64,000 nt of DNA from an uncultured Chloroflexia bacterium (lineage in GTDB: Bacteria; Chloroflexota; Anaerolineae; CG2-30-64-16), in contig CAWEMM010000006.1 of NCBI GenBank assembly GCA_963810095.1, positions 768,001 through 832,000 on the forward strand. The letters run 5' to 3'. Made by a program: the position numbers and the translations under genes. Of this stretch, positions 30,779 through 41,589 are shown piece by piece (within the stretch, counting starts at the first letter, position 1; every line of letters begins with the position of its first letter). The notes beneath the pieces are model-generated. The model was given only the letters and a program-made list of their open reading frames with translations. It ran no database searches and was not told the origin of the DNA.

Positions 30779-33271
30779 TTACGCGTGCAGCACGGCCCCT
30801 ACTTCCCGCTCCAGCCGTGCGACGATTTTCTGCCGCGCCTTTGCCGTGTCCTCGGCCGTCAGCGTGCGGTCAGGCGCCTGGAACGTCAACGAGTAGGCCA
30901 GGCTCTTCTTGCCGGCCGGCACTTGACCCCCGCGATAGACGTCGAACAGCCGCACATCGACCAACAGCTTCCCGCCCGACTGGCGGATGAGCGCCGCGAC
31001 CTGCCCGGCCGGGACCGCCTCGTCGACAATGAGCGCCAGGTCCTCGAACACCGCAGGCTGAGAAGAGAACGCGTCCATCTCCTGCTTCGCGCCCCATCCT
31101 GCCACCAGTGCCTCCAGGTCGAGTTCCATCACCGTCACGGGCAGGTTCGGGATATCGAAACTGGCCCGCACCTGGGGGTGCAGCTCGCCGATGATCCCGA
31201 CCTCCGTCCCGTGGACCAGCACCCGCGCTGTCCGGCCCGGATGGAGTGCGGGGTGGCTTCCGCGTTCCCACACGACATCCTCCACGCCCAGCCGGGCGAT
31301 CAGTGTCTCGAGCACGCCCTTCAGGTCGAAGAACCCCATTGTGTCGGCGTCGTGCTTGAGCCACGTGCCGCCCTCTCGGGGGCCGGCGAGGAGCGCGGCA
31401 ACGCGCCTCGGCTCAGCAGGTAGCTCTTCGTCGGGCCGCGGCAGGTAGACCCGGCCCACCTCGAAGATGCCCACCCGCTCGACGAAGCGCAGATTTTCCT
31501 GCGCCGTCTCGAGCAGCGACGGCAGCAGGGTCACGCGCAACTGCCCGCGCTCGACCGTCAGCGGGTTGAGCACGGTTACATGTGGCGCTTGGGGCAGGCC
31601 GAGCTTGGCCTCGTCACGCACGTCGATCATCGAATAGGTGATCACCTCGTCCAGCCCGCAGCCGACCAGGACGTCGCGCACCTTCTCTTCAGCTTCCAGC
31701 CGCACGTTGCGCTGCGTCTGGGGTAATTCGTCCTGCAGCAGCGTGGCCGGCAGCCGGTCGTAGCCGTAGATGCGCCCGATCTCTTCCACCAGGTCGGCCG
31801 GGATGTTGACGTCCTGGCGGTGCGTCGGGACGCCCACGCTCAGGCACGCGCCAGACCGGTCAACCGTGAACTCGAGCGCCTCGAGGATGCGGACCATGTC
31901 GGCCGCGGCGAGGTCGATGCCTAGCAGGCGGTTTGTGTAGACCGGATCCAGCTCGATCTGCTTCGGCTCCGGCTGGCCGGGATAGCCGTCGCCATACACC
32001 GGCCGGGTCTTGCCGCCTGCCAGCTGTTCGAGCAGCTCGCACGCCCGCGCCAGCGCCTTCACGGTGAGCTCCGGGTCGACGCGCTTGCCGAACCGGCTCG
32101 CCGCCTCGCTCCGCAAGCCGAGCATCTGGCTCGTACGCCGGATGCTCAGGAAGTTGAAGTTGGCCGACTCGAGCAGGATGCTGCTCGTGGTGGCGGTGAC
32201 CTCGGTCTCCGCGCCGCCCATCACGCCGGCCACGGCGATTGAACCGGCGGTGTCGGTGATCATCAGCATCTCGGGGTCGAGGGCACGATCCACGCCGTCC
32301 AGCGTCTTCATCCGCTCGCCGGGGCGCGCACGGCGCATGATAATGCTGGGCTTAGCGTCGCCAGACGCACTACCGCCCGCGCGCTGCCGCAGCAGATCGT
32401 AGTCGAATGCGTGCAGCGGCTGGCCCAGCTCAAGCATGACGTAGTTCGTGATGTCCACGACGTTATTGATCGGCCGCATGCCCGCCCGCTGCAGGCGCTG
32501 CTGCATCCACAGCGGCGACGGCCCGATCGTCACGTTTTCGATCAACGCCGCGGAGTAGCGCAGGCAGAGGTCCGGCGCATCGATCACGATGCCAACAAAG
32601 TCCGCGTCGGGCGTGATGGCGACCGGTTGGCGCTCGAGGATCGTCATCACCTCGCGCCGGAGCGGCCGTCCCGTCAGCGCGGCGACTTCGCGGGCGGCGC
32701 CATAGATGCACTGCAGGTGGCCGAATGCGCCCTTCACGTCGTAGTCGAGCACCACGTCGCCCATGTAGTCGACGAGCGGCATGCCGACCGGGGCATCGTC
32801 GGGCAGCACGAGATTGCCCTCGTGGCTGTCGCTCAGGTCGAGTTCCTTCTCAGAACAAACCATGCCCTCAGAAACAACCCCGCGAATCTTGCTCGGCTTC
32901 AGCTTGACGATCCGCCGCTCGTCGCTGTGCCCGTCGATGAGCCGCGCGCCGGACATCGCATAGGCCACCTTCGGGCCCTTGCCGCCCGAAAGGTCCTGCC
33001 CGATATAGGGCAGCATGTTGGGCGCGCCCGTGACCACGGTCATGGGCTCTTTGGCGCCGAAGTCCACCCGCACCAGGGTGAGCCGCTCGGCGTCCGGGTG
33101 CCGCACGACGTCCAGGATCTGCCCGACATAGATCTTGTCGCGGTCCCACAGCTCGCCAATACGCGTGATCGACTCGACCTCCAGGCCCGCCAGCGTCATG
33201 CGTTCGGCCAGTTGCTCGACGGGCAGGTCGACGTCGACGAAATCCCTAAGCCAGGAAAGAGGCACTTTCAT
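30779..33271 (-). CDS. pheT: Phenylalanyl-tRNA synthetase beta subunit
   Basis: MKVPLSWL, tRNA-binding OB domain, RPINNVVDITNYVMLELGQPLHAFD, DLVEEIGRIYGY, FDX-ACB C-terminus. Confidence 0.97.
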   Translation of the reverse strand: MKVPLSWLRDFVDVDLPVEQLAERMTLAGLEVESITRIGELWDRDKIYVGQILDVVRHPDAERLTLVRVDFGAKEPMTVVTGAPNMLPYIGQDLSGGKGPKVAYAMSGARLIDGHSDERRIVKLKPSKIRGVVSEGMVCSEKELDLSDSHEGNLVLPDDAPVGMPLVDYMGDVVLDYDVKGAFGHLQCIYGAAREVAALTGRPLRREVMTILERQPVAITPDADFVGIVIDAPDLCLRYSAALIENVTIGPSPLWMQQRLQRAGMRPINNVVDITNYVMLELGQPLHAFDYDLLRQRAGGSASGDAKPSIIMRRARPGERMKTLDGVDRALDPEMLMITDTAGSIAVAGVMGGAETEVTATTSSILLESANFNFLSIRRTSQMLGLRSEAASRFGKRVDPELTVKALARACELLEQLAGGKTRPVYGDGYPGQPEPKQIELDPVYTNRLLGIDLAAADMVRILEALEFTVDRSGACLSVGVPTHRQDVNIPADLVEEIGRIYGYDRLPATLLQDELPQTQRNVRLEAEEKVRDVLVGCGLDEVITYSMIDVRDEAKLGLPQAPHVTVLNPLTVERGQLRVTLLPSLLETAQENLRFVERVGIFEVGRVYLPRPDEELPAEPRRVAALLAGPREGGTWLKHDADTMGFFDLKGVLETLIARLGVEDVVWERGSHPALHPGRTARVLVHGTEVGIIGELHPQVRASFDIPNLPVTVMELDLEALVAGWGAKQEMDAFSSQPAVFEDLALIVDEAVPAGQVAALIRQSGGKLLVDVRLFDVYRGGQVPAGKKSLAYSLTFQAPDRTLTAEDTAKARQKIVARLEREVGAVLHA

Positions 33272-33344
33272 CTCATCAACTCCATATCTCGCCTTCGTGG
33301 TTCGGCCCTGGCTGCAGCCTGCGACCAGAACCACGAAGAAACCC

Positions 33345-34397
33345 TTAGCTGAACTGCCCGAGGAAACGCAGGTCGTTCGAGTAGAAATACCGGATATCGG
33401 TGATGCGATGGCGCAGCATCGCCGGCCGCTCCACGCCCATGCCGAACGCGAACCCGGTGAAGACGTCGGGGTCGTAGCCGCCGTTCTTGAGCACGACCGG
33501 GTGCACCATGCCCGCGCCGGCGATCTCCAGCCAGCCCGTGTACTTGCACACGCCGCACCCCTTGCCCCCGCACAGCACGCAGTTCATGTCGGCCTCGATG
33601 CTGGGCTCGGTGAAGGGGAAGTAGCTTCCCCGCACTCGTAGCTGCCCCGCGCCGTACATCTTCAGCGCAAACTGCTTCAGCGTCCCGATCAGGTCGGTCA
33701 TGCGGATGCCCTTGCCCACCGCCAGCCCTTCGATCTGGTAGAACTGGTGCTCCGAGCGCGCGGTGATTTGCTCATACCGGTAGCACTTGCCGGGCAGGAT
33801 CACGCGGATGGGCTGCGGGCAGCGCTCGCGCATCGCCCGGATCTGCCCGGGGCTCGTGTGCGTCCGCATGACCAGCTTGCGCTGCGCCGGGTCGAGATCG
33901 TCCGTCTGGCTGACCCAGAACGTGTCCCACATGTCTCGGGCGGGATGGTAGGGCGGCATGTTGAGCAGGCCGAAGTTGTGCTCGTCTGTCTCCACGTCCG
34001 GCCCGTCATAGACCTCGAACCCCATCTCGGCGAACACGGCCCGGTACTCGCGCAGGTTCTGCGTGGTGATGTGCAGGTGCCCTATGCTTGGGGGCCTGCC
34101 CGGCAGCGTGATGTCGACCGTGCCGCCTACCAGCTCCGCCTGCAGCGCCTCCTGCTTCAAAGCCTCCTGGCGCTCTGCAAACGCCGTTTCGAGGCTCGTC
34201 TTCACCTCGTTCGCGGCCTGCCCGTACGCGGGCCGTTCTTCCCGCGCCAGCTTGCCGATCACGTCCATTGCCGCGGAAAGCGCCCCGCCCTTGCGGCTCA
34301 GGTAGCGAACGCGCCACCCTTCGAGCGCGTCCGCATCCTCCGCGGCCGCCAGCCCGTCCAGTGCCTCTTTTCGCAGATTCTCCAGATTCTCGTGCAT
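33345..34397 (-). CDS. pheS: Phenylalanyl-tRNA synthetase alpha subunit
   Basis: HPARDMWDTF, RTHTSPGQIR, FPFTEPS, GFAFGMGVER. Confidence 0.97.
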   Translation of the reverse strand: MHENLENLRKEALDGLAAAEDADALEGWRVRYLSRKGGALSAAMDVIGKLAREERPAYGQAANEVKTSLETAFAERQEALKQEALQAELVGGTVDITLPGRPPSIGHLHITTQNLREYRAVFAEMGFEVYDGPDVETDEHNFGLLNMPPYHPARDMWDTFWVSQTDDLDPAQRKLVMRTHTSPGQIRAMRERCPQPIRVILPGKCYRYEQITARSEHQFYQIEGLAVGKGIRMTDLIGTLKQFALKMYGAGQLRVRGSYFPFTEPSIEADMNCVLCGGKGCGVCKYTGWLEIAGAGMVHPVVLKNGGYDPDVFTGFAFGMGVERPAMLRHRITDIRYFYSNDLRFLGQFS

Positions 34398-34468
34398 ACT
34401 CGCCCCTCCCCCACACGCCGGCCGCAGCCTTCGTGCCATCGTGTCCTTGTGGTGACTCCCGTTAACGC

Positions 34469-34850
34469 AAAACGCGCCCTTCGTCTCAGGGACGAAGTGC
34501 GCGCCGGTCGACGTGCTAACTCCGCGGTGCCACCCTGGTTCGCCCTCTCCTTTCCTGCGGAAAGGACGCTCTTCGCTCCGGCGGCCCGGCTTGGACGCTC
34601 TCCGTGTCCATACGGGCTTACCGGCGGCCGGATAACGGTCGGCAGCCGGAACCGACTACTTTGCGCCGGGCAGGGGCGGGATAACCCGCCCTGTGATAGC
34701 CTGCGCTTTCACCGGTTCGCTCGGGAGGGAACTTCGTCGGGGTTGGGGCCGGCCGGGCTTACAGCCCCTCACGGGACCCGGCCTCTCTGGGGTCATCCCC
34801 CCGGCTACTTTCCTCCGTCATCGCTTTCGGATGAACCTGTCATTCGATTG
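34469..34850 (-). ncRNA. T-box riboswitch (Phe) leader of pheST
   Basis: T-box AACCAGGGTGGCACCGCG (34540-34523); Stem I GCGATGA, AGTA, AGAGAG; specifier UUC at 34731-34729; terminator CGCGCACTTCGTC/GACGAAGGGCGCG-TTTT. Confidence 0.92.
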
Positions 34851-34857
34851 TGCCGGA

Positions 34858-34886
34858 ATTATGCTACAGGGGTGGAGCATTGTCAA
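34858..34886 (-). promoter_or_regulatory. Sigma70 promoter for T-box/pheST
   Basis: TTGACA-17-CATAAT on the minus strand. Confidence 0.75.
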
Positions 34887-34953
34887 GGACTCCGCCGTAC
34901 TTGCCCGTGGGCGCCCCAGCGGCCCGTACTGCGCACGCGAGCCCGCCCTGCGA

Positions 34954-35798
34954 TTACTCCAAGTACACCTTGACCCCCTGAAGGGTGTAGAGCGGTACCC
35001 AGGGAAACAGAACGGGTACGCTCTGCGCATACTGTTGGTACTCCTCCAGATGCCCGTAGCGCTCGCCCTGCGTCCGTTCCAGGCGCTTGGTCGAGCCCAT
35101 CATGATCAGGATGATGCAAATCAGTCCGACGAGTGCGACGACGGCGCGCAGCACGCTGGTCAGGAACGGCAAGCCCAGCAGAAAGCTCCCACTCCAAACG
35201 AGGATCTCGCCGAGGTAGTTTGGACACCGCACCCAGGCATAGAGTCCTGACGCCACGAACCGTTTGGCGTCGCGCTGCTTGGCAGCCGACTTCTGCCGGT
35301 CGGCCAGCGTCTCGACAACGAGTCCGGCGCCCATGATCAGGAGCCCGGCCCCTCGCACGACCTCAGGGAGGCCGCGCGCGGGGAGGGCGCGGCGGCGGCA
35401 AACAATGCCGGCGAGAACATGGCCACGTAGAGCAGCGCGACCGCGATCCAGATCGGAATCCGTTTCAACCGCGAGACCCGGCGGTCGTACGCCTGGTTGC
35501 CCTCCAGTTGATTCCGATAGGCAGGCCGTGCCTCGCGTTGGAGAATGTAGAGTCCGAGCCGCAGCCCCCATACCGCCAGGAGCAGCAGTTGCAGTGCGCT
35601 CAAGACGTCGAGATTCGCCCGCAGAGCGACCGCCGTCACCGCCGCCATTGCGACGATGGAGAAGGTGTAGCCGATGCTGACGAAATAGACGACTCGAACG
35701 AAACCTAGTGCCGAAGCCGCCAGGGAGACGAGCAGCAGTGTCGACATCAGGCCGGGCAGGGTGTGCAGTTGCAGCGAAAGCCAACCGCCGAGGTTCAT
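34954..35798 (-). CDS. DUF1295 / steroid 5-alpha-reductase family membrane protein (apparent frameshift ~35390)
   Basis: FVSIGY, WGLRLG, ETLADRQK, GLYAWVRCPNYLGEILVW. Confidence 0.85.
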
Positions 35799-35923
35799 AA
35801 GCAACTTCCATCCTCTGAGTGCGTTGATGATGCGCCGGATAGCCGCCGGGTCCTTCTCCATGCTGTGGGCTGCGGTCGAACGCCTGGAGCGCACGCCAAG
35901 TATCGAGATGGATCCCGGATAGT

Positions 35924-35952
35924 TTGACAGGGACTTGCCAGCACCGTACTAT
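35924..35952 (+). promoter_or_regulatory. Sigma70 promoter for KimA-like gene
   Basis: TTGACA-17-TACTAT. Confidence 0.65.
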
Positions 35953-36059
35953 ATGTGTCAGTTCTCTGCTGTGACCCACGTTGCGGGTAAGAACCGGAGC
36001 TTGAGTCAGGGAGTGTTTTAGTCCGAACCAATGTCACAACGCTGTAACACTGAGTCCCA

Positions 36060-38002
36060 ATGAAGCACAACTTCACGGAAGAACCGACAGGCGCCGTCCG
36101 CCACCTGGAAGGCGAGAAGCCTCGCCGCTCTTGGGTTTCGCTGCTCATCGGCGACCCGCTGGCGACGGCCGAAGCGCCCCATCAAGCGATTCGCAAGATC
36201 GTCGGGTTGGCCGTGTTCGCCTCCGACGCGCTCTCGTCGACGGCCTACGCCACTCAGGAAATGCTGGCGGTGTTGGCCGCCGTGGGCATAGTGGCATTTC
36301 CGATCGCAATCCCCATGTCTTTCGCGATCGTCGCGCTGCTGGCTATCGTCGTGGCGTCGTACGAGCAGACGATACACGCCTACCCGAACGGCGGAGGGGC
36401 TTACATCGTTGCGCGCGACAATCTGGGCGAGACTCCCGCAGCGATTGCCGGCTCTGCGCTTATGATCGACTATATCCTGACCGTAGCCGTCTCCATCTCG
36501 TCGGGTGTGGCCCAGATTGTTTCTGCGTTTCCTGGCTTACTCGACTACCGTGTCGAACTCGCAGTTGTCCTCACCCTGCTAATCATGCTGATCAACCTGC
36601 GAGGGGTGCGTGAATCGGGCTCAATCTTTGCCATCCCGACGTACTTCTTCGTGGCCATGATGTTCATTACGGTCATCCTGGGCTTGTACCAGTACCTGAC
36701 CGGAAACCTCGGCGTTGTCACCAATCCGCCTCCGATCGAAGCGCTTGGGGGACCCTCGGCGTTGACGCTCTTCCTCATCTTGCGCGCGTTTCATCAGGGA
36801 CGACCGCACTGACCGGCGTCGAGGCAATCGCGAACGGGGTTCCGGCATTCAAGGAGCCCCGCAGCCGTAACGCTGGAATCACCTTGCTCTGGATGGCTGG
36901 GATCCTTGGCGTCTTGCTCGTGATAATCACATTCCTCGCCGTCCAGGTGGGTGCCGTTCCGTCAGAAGCAGAGACCGTGATCTCGCAGATCGCCCGTACT
37001 GTCGATGGCGAGCGAGGGCTGATCTACCTTTTGACCATTGCGGCAACCACCGTCATCCTGATCATGGCTGCCAACACCTCATACAACGGTTTCCCCAGGC
37101 TCGGCGCATTGTTAGCAATTGATGGATTCTTGCCACGTCAGCTTTCGTTCCAGGGCAGCCGGCTGGTCTACTCTCGCGGCATCGTCGTCCTGGCGCTGCT
37201 GGCTTGCGGCTTCATCGTCGTGTTCGATGCTAGTGTGACGCAACTCATACCGTTGTACGCAATTGGCGTGTTCCTGTCATTCAGCCTATCGCAAGCAGGC
37301 ATGGCGCGGCGATGGAGGAAATCCGGCGACCTGAAGCCCGGAGAAACGTACACTCAGCGAGGAACCATCCTGCGACATGAATCAGGTTGGCAAGGCAAGA
37401 TGGTACTCAACGCCATTGGTGCGCTCATCACCGGGATGGTCATGGTTATCTTTGCCGTTACGAAGTTCAGCCAAGGCGCCTGGATTGTCCTGATCCTGAT
37501 GCCTCTGCTCGTCCTACTCTTCTTCCGAATCCACCGGCACTACCAGCACTTGGCCGCGAGTCTTACGCTTGAAGGCTTCGATCCGCCGCCGCCGCCACAA
37601 CGACACCGGATCATCATCCCCATCAGCGGCGTTCACCAAGGCACTATGGCGGCCCTACAATACGCGCAGTTGCTTTCGAGCGACATCACCGCTGTGCATG
37701 TCTCGATCGATCCCATCGTCGCGGAGCGGGTCGAGCAGCGTTGGGAAACCTGGGGCGAAGGCGTGCGTTTGATCGTGCTCGAATCGCCCTACCGGCTCAT
37801 GCATGAGCCGCTTTTGCGCTACATCCGGCAGCTCGCGCTGTCTCGCCAACCGAACGAGATCATCACCGTCGTCGTGCCCCAGTTTGTGCCAAAGAGCTGG
37901 TTTGACAACCTGCTCCACACCCAGACCGCGACATTTCTCCGCCTCGCGCTCCTCTTCATACCGGGCGTGATCGTGACGGACGTGCCCTACCAGGTGGACT
38001 GA
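36060..38002 (+). CDS. APC-superfamily KimA/YdaO-like potassium transporter (apparent frameshift ~36790)
   Basis: FASDALSSTAYA, YPNGGGAY, NLRGVRESG, ALTGVEAIANGV, LIPLYAIGVF, ESPYR, LLHTQTA. Confidence 0.88.
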
Positions 38003-38059
38003 ATCGCGACGGCGCACGCGAATAGACGAAGCGCAAGACGTCGGCTGTCACGTGCTCAT

Positions 38060-38130
38060 TCGGGGGCGGCGGGGGCAAGAGCGCCCCCGCCACGCACTTA
38101 CCAGGCATCAACCGATGCTTCCCGTGTGTT
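38060..38130 (+). repeat. GC-hairpin dispersed element, copy A
   Basis: 33 nt identical to 39905-39937, followed by GCATCAACCGATGCTTCCC. Confidence 0.75.
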
Positions 38131-38151
38131 CAAACTTAGCCGTACAAACGC

Positions 38152-39522
38152 TCAATCTTGCGCTAGCACAGGCGCGGCCTGCCCGTAATCGGGTAGCCGC
38201 GTCTCTGCGTTGCGGATTGCCGAGATGAAGTAGCCGGTCACGCCGACCATCGAGGCGAGGAAGCCGCATACGGCGATCAGCAATCCCATTCCCGCGCCGG
38301 GCCCCGTTCCAAAGATTCCCCCAAACGCCTGCGCCAGCCGGCCGCCCGACTGCATGGCCGGTTCGAGCAAGTAGTCTGCCATCGTTCCGGCGATCAACGG
38401 ACTGATGGGATTGCTGAACCATGCGATCAGCCGGCGGGCCGAGAACACGCGGCCCTGTACGTCGGGCGCCACCTTCGACTGCCATATCGCCTGGTTCGAC
38501 CCGTTGATGAGCGCGATCCAGAGGGCCGTGTAGGCCATACCGACGATCCAGGCGGGCAACATTTGCCCGGCGCCGACCACGACCAGCCCCAGCGAAGACA
38601 GCGCCCAGCCCGCCAACACCCCGTGCACGCGCCGCTTGAAGCCACCCCATGCGCTCATGATGATGCCGCCCACCACCGCCGCGATCGCCCCTGCCGACTC
38701 GACGGTCGCCAGCGAGAGTGCGTTGTTGGCCGTACGCGCCAGGATCATGGGCGTCACGAGCGTGTTGGCGATGCCGGAGAACAGGTTGCCGAAGAAGAAG
38801 ACCAGTTGCAGGCCCAGAAGGCTTGGCCGAGCGAAGATGTAGCGGAAGCCGTAAGCCGCCTCTTTCCAGAAGCCCCCCTCCGCCTCCGCGCCCGCGGCCG
38901 TCCTTGGCGGCTGCGGAATGAACACGACCGCCAGTGCCAGCAGGGCGAGGAGGAAAGTCGCGACGTCGATGGTCAGGATGCCGGTGAACGTGATGAGGGG
39001 CAGCAGCACGCCGGCCAGGATCGGTGCAAGCACGCCCGGCCCGGCCTCGAGCAGCGACATCATACCGTTAGCGCGCCCCAGTTGCTCCTTGGGAACCATC
39101 GTCGTGATGGCGGCCGAGTAGGCGGGCCATTGAAACGTATTCCCAATCCCCTGGAAGGCAGCCGCCACGTAAAAGTGCCAGACCTCCAGCCGCCCCAGCG
39201 CGGACAGAATCAGCAGGCCCACCGTGGGCAGGATGGCGACCGCATCGCTGACCATCATCATCATCTTCCGGTTGTACCGGTCGACCATGACGCCCGCAAC
39301 GGGCGATAGGATCAGGAACGGCACGATGAAGCAGACCTGCACCAGCGCCAGCGCGGTGGCGCTGCCGGTCTTCTGAAACACATAGATGGACTGGGCGAAC
39401 GCGGTCATGTTGGTGGCGAGCACCGAGACCAGTTGTCCTGCCCAGACAATGGTGAAGGCGGCCATGCCTCTCGGACGGCCCCCACCTCCCGCGGCCGGTT
39501 CAGGCGCTCCATTAGGCGTCAT
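38152..39522 (-). CDS. MFS transporter (macrolide-efflux/DHA3-like)
   Basis: FTIVWAGQLVS, GVMVDRYNRK, QSKVAPDVQGRVFS; multiple TM helices. Confidence 0.9.
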   Translation of the reverse strand: MTPNGAPEPAAGGGGRPRGMAAFTIVWAGQLVSVLATNMTAFAQSIYVFQKTGSATALALVQVCFIVPFLILSPVAGVMVDRYNRKMMMMVSDAVAILPTVGLLILSALGRLEVWHFYVAAAFQGIGNTFQWPAYSAAITTMVPKEQLGRANGMMSLLEAGPGVLAPILAGVLLPLITFTGILTIDVATFLLALLALAVVFIPQPPRTAAGAEAEGGFWKEAAYGFRYIFARPSLLGLQLVFFFGNLFSGIANTLVTPMILARTANNALSLATVESAGAIAAVVGGIIMSAWGGFKRRVHGVLAGWALSSLGLVVVGAGQMLPAWIVGMAYTALWIALINGSNQAIWQSKVAPDVQGRVFSARRLIAWFSNPISPLIAGTMADYLLEPAMQSGGRLAQAFGGIFGTGPGAGMGLLIAVCGFLASMVGVTGYFISAIRNAETRLPDYGQAAPVLAQD

Positions 39523-39874
39523 CGTTACTCCACTTCCCGGACCCAGCGGTCGTGTCCCTTCAACTGAACAATATTAATCCAATGTTTCGTTTTATTGCTG
39601 TCTATGACAGGAAAAGGGAAGTTCGCCGCTGTGAGGGTGTATTATACCATAGGGGAGTAGTGGGAAAAGTGTGCAGTAGCGCGCCAGCGGGAGTCCGCGA
39701 CGTACACGGCCGCAAGGTGCCCGACATGCGACTGGATTCCTGCAGGCAGAGGGAAGTTGCCGGCTGGCCGTGATCGCTCCTTACACCAGGGGGGTACACA
39801 CACATGGTTCCTGCTGCCCTGCCGCATCCCCCGTACAGTGACTTAGCCGGGCAAGCATGTGCCCACAGCGTTGC

Positions 39875-39978
39875 CTTTGGGATTCCAAGGGGCGCCGCCC
39901 CTGGTCGGGGGCGGCGGGGGCAAGAGCGCCCCCGCCAACAGCCATGATGCATCAGCGGATCATTCCCCTGGGGTTGCG
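39875..39978 (+). repeat. GC-hairpin dispersed element, copy B
   Basis: TTGGGATTCCAAGGGGCGCCGCCCCTGG + GGCGGGGGCAAGAGCGCCCCCGCCA + CAGCCATGATGCATCAGCGGATCATTCCC. Confidence 0.75.
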
Positions 39979-39980
39979 CT

Positions 39981-41510
39981 TTAGTGCCTGAAGTGCCGCT
40001 CTCCCGTAAACACCATCGCCATCCCCCACTGGTCCGCGGCTGCGATCACCTCGTCGTCGCGCACCGAGCCCCCGGGTTGGATGACCGCGGTCACACCCGC
40101 GGCTGCCGCAGCCTCCATGCCGTCGGCAAAGGGGAAAAACGCATCTGAGGCCAGCACGGAAGCGCGCGCCCGTTCGCCGGCCCGCCGCACCGCCAGGTGC
40201 ACCGAATCGACCCGGTTCATCTGCCCCGCACCGACGCCCACGGTCGCCGTCCCCTGGGCCAGCACGATCGCATTCGACTTCGTATGCTTCGCGGCAATCC
40301 ATGCAAACCCAAGCGAAATCCGCTCCGCGTCAGTCGGGCCGCGCCGCGTCACCACCTGCCACGTCGACTCGTCGACGCCGTGCTCATCCGGCGTCTGCGC
40401 CAGCAGCCCGCCGCTCACCGAGCGCAGGGAAAGTCCTGGTTCCGACCGCTGCGTCCCCGCGCGGGCCTGCAGCACCCGGCAGTTCTTCTTATGTTCACTC
40501 AGCCACGCCAGCGCCTCCACGCTGTAGTCCGGTGCCACCAGCACCTCGACAAACAGCGTTCCCACCGCCTGCACGAGCTCCAGGTCGACCGGCCGGTTGC
40601 AAGCGATGATGCCGCCGAATGCAGACACGGGGTCACATTCGTACGCCAACCGGTACGCCTCGAGGGGCGTGCCCGCCATGGCAAGGCCGCTGGGGTTGGT
40701 GTGTTTGACGATCGCGACCGCCGGCCCGGTAAACTCCTGGGGCATGGCCCAGGCTGCCTCGAGGTCCACGATGTTGTTGTAGCTCAGCTCCTTGCCCTGC
40801 AGCTGCTCGAAAGCCGGCGGGGCGCCCGCCCAGCAATACAGTGCGGCGTCCTGGTGCGGGTTTTCGCCGTAGCGCAGCGCCTGCACCCGCCTGGCTGCCA
40901 GCACGAGCGTCTCGGGCAGCGCGGAAGTTCCCGGCTGAGCCAAGCCACGAGCCAGCCAGCCGCCGATGGTGGCATCATAAGCGGCCGTTTGTACGAAGGC
41001 CTTTGCCGCCAGCCGGCGTCGCTCCTCCTGTGGCACCTGTCCGGCAGCCAGCGCATCCAGCACCGACGAGTAGTCAGCCGGATCGCACACGACCAGCACC
41101 GCTTCATAGTTCTTGGCCGCCGCTCGGAGCAGCGTCACCCCGCCGATGTCGATCTCTTCGACCGCCTCGCTCTCCGTCACGCCGGCCCGGCTGACCGTCT
41201 CGGCAAATGGGTAGAGGTTGCAGACGACCAGGTCGACCGGCGTGATGCCGTGAACCGCCAGCTCCTCCAGGTGCTCGGGCGTGCGCCGAGAAAGGATTCC
41301 GGCATGGATTGCCGGATGGAGGGTCTTGACGCGGCCGTCGAGCATCTCGGGGAAGCCCGTCACCGCCTCGACCGGCGTCGCCGCCAGCCCCGCGGCTGCC
41401 AGCGCCCGCGCCGTCCCTCCGGAAGCCACCAACTCGCAGCCCATCCCGGCCAGGCCCACTGCAAGCTCAACCAGGCCCGTCTTGTCATATACGCTCAGAA
41501 TCGCGCGCAC
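39981..41510 (-). CDS. purH: Bifunctional AICAR transformylase/IMP cyclohydrolase
   Basis: RAILSVYDKTG, GRVKTLHP, IDIGG, LRYGENPHQ, SDAFFPF, IQPGGSVRD, RHFRH; GTG start with GGAGG. Confidence 0.97.
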   Translation of the reverse strand: MRAILSVYDKTGLVELAVGLAGMGCELVASGGTARALAAAGLAATPVEAVTGFPEMLDGRVKTLHPAIHAGILSRRTPEHLEELAVHGITPVDLVVCNLYPFAETVSRAGVTESEAVEEIDIGGVTLLRAAAKNYEAVLVVCDPADYSSVLDALAAGQVPQEERRRLAAKAFVQTAAYDATIGGWLARGLAQPGTSALPETLVLAARRVQALRYGENPHQDAALYCWAGAPPAFEQLQGKELSYNNIVDLEAAWAMPQEFTGPAVAIVKHTNPSGLAMAGTPLEAYRLAYECDPVSAFGGIIACNRPVDLELVQAVGTLFVEVLVAPDYSVEALAWLSEHKKNCRVLQARAGTQRSEPGLSLRSVSGGLLAQTPDEHGVDESTWQVVTRRGPTDAERISLGFAWIAAKHTKSNAIVLAQGTATVGVGAGQMNRVDSVHLAVRRAGERARASVLASDAFFPFADGMEAAAAAGVTAVIQPGGSVRDDEVIAAADQWGMAMVFTGERHFRH

Positions 41511-41525
41511 GCTACCTCCAACAAG

Positions 41526-41577
41526 GAAACCAGGTTTCTGCGCCGGCACCGCGGCCGGTTTCAGAACCTGGCTTCTG
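41526..41577. repeat. Palindromic repeat (GAAACCAGGTTTC family)
   Basis: GAAACCAGGTTTCTG ... CAGAACCTGGCTTC. Confidence 0.5.
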
Positions 41578-41589
41578 CCACCGTCGCGT

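Noticed and set aside
41511-41589. Expected ZTP riboswitch upstream of purH
   Set aside because: The gap is only about 80 nt, is occupied by a palindromic repeat, and shows no ZTP motifs.
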